Source of the DNA: a virus
Strand: one strand, 5' to 3'
Virus record (IMG/VR): IMGVR_UViG_3300014203_000140
DNA length: 22,910 nucleotides
Shown here: positions 15,344 to 22,910 of the stretch, in pieces
Position numbering within the stretch: the first letter of the stretch is position 1
How the letters are laid out: every line of letters begins with the position of its first letter
Translations under genes and position numbers: made by a program
Notes under the pieces: model-generated
The model's input: the letters and a program-made list of their open reading frames with translations, nothing else
Told to the model about the DNA's origin: nothing
Database searches by the model: none

Positions 15344-17290
15344 ATGGCAGGGGTTGGAGAAGTGTGGGCAGATGCCGGGCTTCACGTCGATGGGTCTTCA
15401 TTTGCTCAGTATGGGGCAATGCTGAAGCAAGCCGAAGGCCAGGTTAGCAGTTTTTCTGATGGTACTAAAGCAGCTATGGCATCAGCTTTCATGATCCCGG
15501 CTGCAGCGGTGACTGGAGCAGCCGCTTACGGAGCTGCAATAGGGGCCTCTTATGAAACGGCGGGGATAAAACTTGAAACACTTTATGGGACTCAGCAAAA
15601 AGCAAACGAAGAATTCCAGTGGCTCTCCGACTTTGCTGCAAGTACTCCTTTTGAATTCCCTGAACTCCTCCAAGTAGACGGCCTCTTAAAAAATGCCGGA
15701 TTGTCTGCACAGGAATACATCAAAGGTGTAGGGGATGCATCCGCAGCACAGGGGAAAACAATAGAGCAGACAACAGAAGCAATAGTCGATGCAATGACAG
15801 GCGAGTACGAGCGTCTAAAGGAATATGGAATAACTTCTGTAGAAATCACAAGTAAAAACTATGAAAAACTCGGTGTAGCCGCCGAAGACGCAGGAAAACG
15901 CGCTCTGCTTGCAATAGATAAAAACGGGAAAGAGCAGGTAATGGTTGTTGACCAGAACAACAAACAGATGATTGCCTCCACTATCCTGGCATTTTGGAAT
16001 GACAAATACGCCGGAGCAATGGAAAAACAGAGCCAAACCATTACTGGGATGTATTCGACTATCAAGGACAATATCAAGAACGGCCTGGCTGAACTTGCAG
16101 GCTTTGATATGTCCTCGATGACAATAGAAACTTTTAGCATACTTGGGGCGCTTAAAGAGCTCGCCGGCGTTGCTATCGTTGTCTCGGATAAATTTGCAAA
16201 TATGTCTGAGCCAATGCAGACATTTGTTCTCGTGGCCACCATTGGAGGTGCTGCTGCCCTCGCTCTCGCGGGCGGGCTGATTGCTGCTCAGGTGGCTGGG
16301 ATCACAGCAACGGGTGTAATGGCTGCTTTAGGCTTTGCCGTAAATACTGTCATTTGGCCGGCTACTCTCATCGTTGGTGCTCTCGCTCTCGTGGCCGCTG
16401 GGCTGGTTTATCTTGATGAAAAAACCGGCATTGTAACATATTCATGGACACTGTTTAAAGACCTTTTTACTATTACAACTAACGGAATTATAACTGCTGC
16501 CGGTATTCTCTGGGACTTTATTACCCTCGCTATGGATGGAATCAAAACCGCCATCTCGGACATGTTCCCCCCCGGTTTTCTTGAGGGTGTAGGAAATGCA
16601 GTGAATGGAATTATTTCTCAGTTTTCTAATATGGGAGTCAACATCCACACGAAGGCCGAGGGAATCCGTGCGGATAATGGTAATATAGGGACCTCAGCAC
16701 AGACAGCTGGAGGTCAAGTCACCGGAGCAACCGGACAAATGATGGCAGGATTCACTGGTGCAGGTGCTTCTGCGTTGGGCATGGGTGCGAACACTCTAAC
16801 GGCAACTGGTCAGATGGTAAGTGGTTTCGGTGCAGCTGGGGGAGCTGCTACTACGATGGGGGGTAACGTAGCCGGAACTGTACCCGCAGTCAACTCCCTC
16901 ACCGGAGCAGCAGGCTCGGGTACAGCTGCAAATCAGTCCTATGCTGCGTCTTTTATCAACGTTTCAACCCAGGCAAGTGCAGCGGCTTCAGCTGCAATCT
17001 CTGCTGCTAGCAGGATAGGCTCTGCTATCAAGACGTCTATGGCACAGGTCGGCGAGCTTGAAGCTCTTGCTGGAAAGTGGAACACGAGAGCAAAATTAGG
17101 TATTACATCTTCGGGTGGAGCTGGAACTGGGGAAGGAAATGTCAAAGTCGTTGCAAATCCAAATAATTATACAGCGAGCGAAACGGCTACACGGTCCGCA
17201 AATCTCACGGTTTATAATAATAATAAACAGACGATAAATAACAACGGGGATAAACTCAGCGCATCTAAAGCAAAAGCGGCAGGAGTCTAA
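15344..17290 (+). CDS. Tape measure protein
   Basis: 648 aa. TMP motif FAASTPFEFPEL, a hydrophobic central segment and a G/A-rich C-terminus. GGGGA RBS. Confidence 0.9.
   Translation: MAGVGEVWADAGLHVDGSSFAQYGAMLKQAEGQVSSFSDGTKAAMASAFMIPAAAVTGAAAYGAAIGASYETAGIKLETLYGTQQKANEEFQWLSDFAASTPFEFPELLQVDGLLKNAGLSAQEYIKGVGDASAAQGKTIEQTTEAIVDAMTGEYERLKEYGITSVEITSKNYEKLGVAAEDAGKRALLAIDKNGKEQVMVVDQNNKQMIASTILAFWNDKYAGAMEKQSQTITGMYSTIKDNIKNGLAELAGFDMSSMTIETFSILGALKELAGVAIVVSDKFANMSEPMQTFVLVATIGGAAALALAGGLIAAQVAGITATGVMAALGFAVNTVIWPATLIVGALALVAAGLVYLDEKTGIVTYSWTLFKDLFTITTNGIITAAGILWDFITLAMDGIKTAISDMFPPGFLEGVGNAVNGIISQFSNMGVNIHTKAEGIRADNGNIGTSAQTAGGQVTGATGQMMAGFTGAGASALGMGANTLTATGQMVSGFGAAGGAATTMGGNVAGTVPAVNSLTGAAGSGTAANQSYAASFINVSTQASAAASAAISAASRIGSAIKTSMAQVGELEALAGKWNTRAKLGITSSGGAGTGEGNVKVVANPNNYTASETATRSANLTVYNNNKQTINNNGDKLSASKAKAAGV
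16727..16876 (+). repeat. Two 75-nt (25-aa) tandem repeats in the tape measure gene
   Basis: ATGQMMAGFTGAGASALGMGANTLT and ATGQMVSGFGAAGGAATTMGGNVAG. Confidence 0.6.
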
Positions 17291-17292
17291 AA

Positions 17293-20200
17293 ATGGTTAC
17301 TGTTTATGTTTCCAATCTTGGAACCGATGATTATACAGTTGATGGTACTGCTGATAATGTTCAGATAAATCAGGCTCTTGCATACGCGAACACAAACGGT
17401 ACACCTTCAGCCCCGATTACAGTTTATCTCCGTGGACCATTCACTTATGAAATTGCTGCACTCCTCTTAGCAGGGTCTAATACTATCCTCACCGGGGATT
17501 CCTCCGCAAAATGGAGGCTTAAAAATAGTGCATCATGGGCGGCAACCTCTGATACAACTGCTCCACTTATAGGACAGTTAGTTACTCCGATAATAAACTT
17601 TGAATGTCATGGTTTTGAAATCGACGGCAATGATGTAAATCAGCCATCTCCAGCGATAAGAGGCAAACTGTATTATGTCCTGATGTGGTTTGTCCAGTGC
17701 AATAATATAAAAATGCATGATATGTACCTGCATGACGCTCTCTCTGATGGGATGAGGATGGATCGTGGTGATGGACTCTATTTTTATAATAACCGCGTGG
17801 AGAGAATGGGGCACGAAGGCTCTTTTTTTATTCGCTCTACGAATTTTGAGGTTTACGGAAATACCACTCTTATTAGGTCGAATTCTGCTCACAGATTATG
17901 GAATACAGGAACGGGAAAAATATATGATAATGTAGCTCGCCCTTATGCGCTCACTTCTATTTCTGGAAATCCCGGTATTCAAATTGAACATTCTGATGTT
18001 TCATACCCTATGCAAAACGTAGAAGTGTATGGAAACACCTTGACCGATTGTTGGGGAGAAGGGATGTGGGTAATTGAGTATGGAACCGGTGGGCAGGCAT
18101 CCGCTAAAGGGTTGTATATCCATGATAATGTAATTACCGGAGCAGGCCGGATAACCACTATTGATTATAATGCAGGAATCGCTATTAGTGGGTGGAATGG
18201 CGCAAGAATAGAACATAACGTCATAAAAGATTGCTATAATGCTGGTATTCTTGCGTATGATTCTCCTTCTGTTTCGGGATCAAAAATATATTGTACTGGA
18301 AACACAATCACAGGAACAAAATTGACCCTGAACTCCACTAAAAAGAGCTATTCGGGATATGGTGTAGCAAACCCCTATACAAGTAATTATACTCTTGTAA
18401 TGTCTTCAAACGTTGTTTCTGGAAATGTAACCGGTGATTATCTCGGAGTTATATACGGAAATGATGTTCCCACGACAGTTCTTCCAAAAGTTCTGCCTTC
18501 CATCAGAATAAATGAAGTAGACGAATTAGTTAATTATTATATTGATAATTGGCCATCTTATGTCAATCAGTACCCAATAAAAATATTAGGGTACGGAATC
18601 GATACCGATCAATCCATAGGAACTGACAAACCCCCAGGTTTTGATGGATGGACATTGGGGGATTTTGGCAGTGATGGCACATCAATTAATTTTAGATGTT
18701 ACGGACTTGGGAAAGACGATGCCCGGAGAGCTTTAGCTTCGTGGAAAAGGAAAGGAAGAGTATACGTTGAAAAAGGCGAAGATCCTGGCTGGCAGGTATC
18801 CGGGATTGTCCGAAACCACAGTTCAAAACAGAATTTAGACGGCGGGGATTTGATCCTCGAAACCAATCCATATGAATACGATGTTAATTTTTATTGCGAT
18901 TCCCCATTCGAGGAAACTGTAAATAAACATAACCGAGCGAGAAAATTAACTTATTCAGGGGAAACATGGAGTTCAGATAATTGTTATGCAGGGAACATCC
19001 TTAAAAATCCCTCGTTCGAGGAATGGAGCCGAAGCGCAGTTCAGACATGGGAATCGAGAACCGCAGCTGCCTCCGTTAATTTTGAATGTGTAGGTGTCTC
19101 AGAAGATCTGGAACAATATTGTGCTGTAGCCTCTTCTGGAGCAAATAATCGTATTCAAATTTCAGCTAATGGGAACGCCTGGACTATCCCAACGTCACTT
19201 CCTGCAAATGTAAATATTGATTGGAAAGGTGTTACATGGGGACATACTGCTGGAATAGGCACTGTTGGAGATCCGAACCCATACGTAATGGTTTCTTCAG
19301 ATAATTTTGTCTTGGTTTCCTCTGATAATTATGTCCTGGTATCTGGGGATACACTCCCTGTGGAAATGCTCACGGGTAGATGGGTAGCAGTGGGGCACAC
19401 ATCAGGGACCGCAGGAGCAGCGCACTCGGAAGATGGAAATACCTGGATTGCAGGCGTTACGCCGACTGGTAATTTTGAGGACGTTTGCTATATTTTCGAT
19501 GAAGAAAACGATATCTATAGATATGTTGCATGTGGAGCAGGAATAATAATATATTCAGATACAGGCGGGGCAACGTGGATATCTGTAGCAGTCACCGGCT
19601 CTTTTGTGTCCATTGAATATGCAGCCGATATAAAACTACTTGTAGCAGTTGCATCCACAGGACAGATTATATATTCAGACGATTTTGCTGAAACCTGGCA
19701 TACTACAACCGCCCCGGTAAAAGTATGGAATGAGGTTAAGAGGGCTGAATACTTAGGATTATTCATTGTTCTATCTACTACAGGAGGACCACAGCAGGCC
19801 GCAACCTCACCATCTGGTATTACGTGGACCCTGAAAAATGTGCCTTATGGAAGTTCTGTGGTAATTCCGGGCGGTGGGGATGTTTCTACAACCGTTTATA
19901 CCTCCGAATCTGATTATCCGAGTAATGTTTTTACGTCTGCTGCAATCGCTTATAGTTCATCATCTACAAGTTTGGAACTTACAAAAGTTTTGCCGGCTCT
20001 AACAAATGGAAATAAGTATCGGCTGGATCAAGTTTCATGTCAGTTAAGGACACTGCTTGCCGGGAAAATAGCATATCTGAAAGTAACTATTCAGGCAGCC
20101 TCTTTGTACGGTGGAGTAGAAACTACCGTAAAAGAGTGGCAAAACAACACTATATCTTATGTCCCGTGTACGTTTGATTGTGCTATAGAATCAGCAACAG

Positions 20201-22107
20201 CGGAAACGGTAACAATAAGATACTACATGAAAACCTCGGATGCAGCTTATAGGGCAGCCGCTAAAGTTTTAGGGTATAAAGTAACAACTTTCAGCACAAC
20301 TTCTGGAAGTGTAACATATAATTATAATGAATTGTCAGGTCTTGCAGTTTCCGAAGAACTTGGGTATATCGTAGCAGTTTCTCAAACTGGAACCGGAAAC
20401 CGGGTTCTGAATACCACTGATGCGGAAACCTGGATTTTTGGAGAAAGTGCCTCGGATAGTGCATGGAAATCAATATGTCTCTATTCTGATAATCTCAAAT
20501 TTGTTTCGGTGGGAAGCTCAGGCGCGATAATGACCTCTGATGACTACGGAAAGTATGTCGCCGGTGGTTGGGATTTTGTAACAGAAGGACAGTCAAGATC
20601 TGAAACACCATACGAAGGCTCGGTTAACCTCCTTATATCAGGTGATGGTGTAACTGAGTTCCCCGGCATGACTACACAGTCGGTGCAATTCGAGGCAGGA
20701 ACTACATATTCATTATCCGGGTATGTTGGGAAAGTGGGCGCAGATGGATCTGCTATTATTGATATCTATGCAGGCGGGGAGATAGTATTATCCTTAGAAT
20801 GGACTGAAGAAGGCGAGTATACTCCACTTCTGGATACAATTCAGTTTGAGATACCTCCAAGTGATGCACTTCTTAGGGTGTATGGCTCAGGAACTCCATC
20901 TAATGCAACCGAAATTTATGTTGATAAACTTTGCTTGCAAAAACTTTCAGATTTTGACATTGATGAAATCGGAAATGACATTACAACCACCGGCACAGTG
21001 GATACCACTCCCGATATTTCGATTGAAGCTATGGGAACTCTCGCGGGATCTGTCGAAGGAAGAGAAACCGCAGGAGAAACAAAGGTACATTCAGACTTAG
21101 TAAATGTTGGGAGTACTCAGTATACCACTTATCAACTTCAGGACTTTTATAATTATACAGTTACGGGAGTAACCGGGAAGAAATTCAGAGTTGATAAAGT
21201 AGGAATTAAAGGATGTGTTGCCTCTGCCGGCGCGACGTGTGGATCGAAAATAGAGGTTTATTTCGGGATAGTTCTCGCAGGCACTTATACGTTTTCAGCA
21301 ACTACAGTATTATCCAGTTATACAACGCATTCCGCAGCCCCGGCGTTAACCTGTGCAGCAGGAGAATCAATCACATTCAAGTATTATTTGAAGTCTAGCA
21401 GTTCATCGGTGCGGGCTTACATAAGGGATGCGACCTCTACAATAACGGAAGTTTTGAGTACCCCTACAGTGGCTATCAATGCGGGAATTTCAATATATAA
21501 TACCACCGATCCTTTAACAGTGATAAGACTCTGTAATAAAATATGTCCTGGAATAAAGATAACAATAAATGCAGATGGGACAGGGAGCATGAGGTATTCA
21601 GAGGATTTCTCGGACTCGTCTTATCAGGCTGCTGTATTGTCAAGAACAGGGGATTCCTATCTGGAGGACTTAAAACAGGTACATCTTACAGGCTCTCTAG
21701 TATGGGAATTTGATTCCCTTAGTCCAATTACCGGCATCCCTTACGTTATAATGGACGTGGTTTCCGGCATCCCCAAGCTGCAGATATCAACGGATAACCT
21801 AACATGGTACGATTGTGATTCTAATACTCTTGATGTGTTGACATCCGAAAGAGTAACTAGAGAACTGGATAATATCTCAACTCCAATGAGATTATACGGG
21901 AAAACGAAATATTATCTCAAGTTGTCTCCTGCATCGGGTTCTCTGGATATAAATTATATGTATATGTTTACATACCTCATTACGATGGATGCAGAACATC
22001 CGGTGATTTCCCCCACGGGGTCCCCTGAAACTTTTGCCGTATTGATGACAAATGATGTCCCATGCATCATAAATCTAAAGTATGCAGACAAACACTGGAC
22101 GGTTTAA
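17293..22107 (+). CDS. 1604-aa multidomain tail-tip protein: parallel beta-helix, Dit-like core, BNR-type propeller, CBM-like domain and duplicated beta-sandwich
   Basis: Occupies the Dit position after the TMP. Beta-helix repeats (aa ~20-390), seven S/T-x-D-G-x-T-W-like boxes, NILKNPSFE...YVDKLCL, and a Dit-like GNDITTTGTVDTTPDISI. Confidence 0.8.
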   Translation: MVTVYVSNLGTDDYTVDGTADNVQINQALAYANTNGTPSAPITVYLRGPFTYEIAALLLAGSNTILTGDSSAKWRLKNSASWAATSDTTAPLIGQLVTPIINFECHGFEIDGNDVNQPSPAIRGKLYYVLMWFVQCNNIKMHDMYLHDALSDGMRMDRGDGLYFYNNRVERMGHEGSFFIRSTNFEVYGNTTLIRSNSAHRLWNTGTGKIYDNVARPYALTSISGNPGIQIEHSDVSYPMQNVEVYGNTLTDCWGEGMWVIEYGTGGQASAKGLYIHDNVITGAGRITTIDYNAGIAISGWNGARIEHNVIKDCYNAGILAYDSPSVSGSKIYCTGNTITGTKLTLNSTKKSYSGYGVANPYTSNYTLVMSSNVVSGNVTGDYLGVIYGNDVPTTVLPKVLPSIRINEVDELVNYYIDNWPSYVNQYPIKILGYGIDTDQSIGTDKPPGFDGWTLGDFGSDGTSINFRCYGLGKDDARRALASWKRKGRVYVEKGEDPGWQVSGIVRNHSSKQNLDGGDLILETNPYEYDVNFYCDSPFEETVNKHNRARKLTYSGETWSSDNCYAGNILKNPSFEEWSRSAVQTWESRTAAASVNFECVGVSEDLEQYCAVASSGANNRIQISANGNAWTIPTSLPANVNIDWKGVTWGHTAGIGTVGDPNPYVMVSSDNFVLVSSDNYVLVSGDTLPVEMLTGRWVAVGHTSGTAGAAHSEDGNTWIAGVTPTGNFEDVCYIFDEENDIYRYVACGAGIIIYSDTGGATWISVAVTGSFVSIEYAADIKLLVAVASTGQIIYSDDFAETWHTTTAPVKVWNEVKRAEYLGLFIVLSTTGGPQQAATSPSGITWTLKNVPYGSSVVIPGGGDVSTTVYTSESDYPSNVFTSAAIAYSSSSTSLELTKVLPALTNGNKYRLDQVSCQLRTLLAGKIAYLKVTIQAASLYGGVETTVKEWQNNTISYVPCTFDCAIESATAETVTIRYYMKTSDAAYRAAAKVLGYKVTTFSTTSGSVTYNYNELSGLAVSEELGYIVAVSQTGTGNRVLNTTDAETWIFGESASDSAWKSICLYSDNLKFVSVGSSGAIMTSDDYGKYVAGGWDFVTEGQSRSETPYEGSVNLLISGDGVTEFPGMTTQSVQFEAGTTYSLSGYVGKVGADGSAIIDIYAGGEIVLSLEWTEEGEYTPLLDTIQFEIPPSDALLRVYGSGTPSNATEIYVDKLCLQKLSDFDIDEIGNDITTTGTVDTTPDISIEAMGTLAGSVEGRETAGETKVHSDLVNVGSTQYTTYQLQDFYNYTVTGVTGKKFRVDKVGIKGCVASAGATCGSKIEVYFGIVLAGTYTFSATTVLSSYTTHSAAPALTCAAGESITFKYYLKSSSSSVRAYIRDATSTITEVLSTPTVAINAGISIYNTTDPLTVIRLCNKICPGIKITINADGTGSMRYSEDFSDSSYQAAVLSRTGDSYLEDLKQVHLTGSLVWEFDSLSPITGIPYVIMDVVSGIPKLQISTDNLTWYDCDSNTLDVLTSERVTRELDNISTPMRLYGKTKYYLKLSPASGSLDINYMYMFTYLITMDAEHPVISPTGSPETFAVLMTNDVPCIINLKYADKHWTV
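19282..19350 (+). repeat. Three 24-nt (8-aa) tandem repeats
   Basis: YVMVSSDN / FVLVSSDN / YVLVSGD. Confidence 0.8.
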
Positions 22108-22109
22108 TC

Positions 22110-22910
22110 ATGCTTTGGTATTTTAAGCCTCGTGTGATTATTCAGAAACCCTCCGGAGAGATGTATTATCCAAAAATGGTTGGAGCTTCGACGACAGAAA
22201 CCGCCAAATTCGGCAATACAGATAACGCAGAAATCGAACTAATCACAAACAGAAGCCCATATACATCCGAGTATATCAATCCAGTTGAAACTGATGATAT
22301 TGTCAGGCTCCAGGTATCCGTGAGGATGTCCCCAAAAGAAAAGTTCGTTTTTGTAGATCTTTTTGAGGGGAGAATCGAAGCCGTTTCGGCGAATTTCACG
22401 AATAAAAATAATACAACCTTGAAGTGCAAAGGGCATATTAACGCGGCATCAAAACATCTGATTCAAGAGAATAAAACGTGGACCGGGACAGTCGAAGCTC
22501 GCACTATCCTTGCATATTTTATTAATTCCTCGATTCCTCGACTTACATGGTCGAATGCGCTCCCGTATGTGGGAGCAAGCAGTGTGAATTTTACTGATGC
22601 TGAATCCGCTTATGCATCGAAAGCGGATCAAACTTATCTTACTCAGGTACTTCAAGACCTTGAAAAACAGTCTGCTTATACATATAGAATCGGTGCAAAA
22701 CCAGTTTACGCAACCGGAGGACTTCTCGATAAAGTTTATGTAACTTGGCTCCCCACAAATCAAACAGTTACAGATAAATACAAGTGTATAGAGGGGACTG
22801 CGCGTTATTTGGGGAGTACATTTGTGGTGTCTATCGAAAATCAGGCTACACAGTACATAATCAAGGGTGATACCCCATCCGGAGGAACACAGTACACAGG
22901 AACTGCAAGA
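22110..22910 (+). CDS. Baseplate hub/Tal-like protein, 3'-partial (267 codons, no stop in the window)
   Basis: ATG 22110, 2 nt after the previous stop. MLWYFKPRVIIQKPSG...DDIVRLQV...DLFEGRIEAV...TTLKCKG is hub-like. Absent from the ORF track. Confidence 0.75.
   Translation, partial: MLWYFKPRVIIQKPSGEMYYPKMVGASTTETAKFGNTDNAEIELITNRSPYTSEYINPVETDDIVRLQVSVRMSPKEKFVFVDLFEGRIEAVSANFTNKNNTTLKCKGHINAASKHLIQENKTWTGTVEARTILAYFINSSIPRLTWSNALPYVGASSVNFTDAESAYASKADQTYLTQVLQDLEKQSAYTYRIGAKPVYATGGLLDKVYVTWLPTNQTVTDKYKCIEGTARYLGSTFVVSIENQATQYIIKGDTPSGGTQYTGTAR

Noticed and set aside
16727-19350. Tandem repeats as a CRISPR array or ncRNA
   Set aside because: The repeats are in-frame, codon-degenerate and have no spacers. 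No CRISPR, tRNA or rRNA was seen in the window.
258-22763. All minus-strand ORFs and the short alternative-frame plus-strand ORFs in the track
   Set aside because: They overlap well-supported + strand genes, lack RBS or motifs, and look like shadow ORFs.
17293-22910. Apparent drop in GC content as evidence of a swapped tail-tip module
   Set aside because: Only an impression from a few sampled lines. It needs a sliding-window calculation and could reflect amino-acid composition.

Overview
The window is the packaging, head and tail module of a long-tailed (siphovirus-like, no sheath gene) HK97-fold virus or provirus, with all real genes on the + strand. The host is probably a methanogenic archaeon such as Methanosarcina. 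That is inferred from TATA-box promoters, G(G)TG(A/G)T-N3-ATG ribosome-binding sites and one apparently leaderless gene. Gene order: 3' end of an IS200/IS605 tnpB element inserted into an HNH gene, Zn-ribbon/TM2 protein, terS, terL, small membrane protein, portal, an inserted Mtd-like fibre cassette, MuF with a JAB-like C-terminal extension plus a small partner gene, protease/scaffold, decoration protein, major capsid protein, head-tail joining genes, tail tube, frameshifted tail chaperones, tape measure, a 1604-aa Dit-like adhesin fusion and a partial hub (Tal-like) gene. The best signal is the 3' end of the Mtd-like gene (about 6455-6592). It has the codon signature of a diversity-generating retroelement (DGR) variable repeat, yet it sits in the head module, no template repeat or reverse transcriptase was found in the window, and it is followed by a 17-codon gene stub. 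All family assignments come from motif recognition and synteny by eye; no database searches were run.
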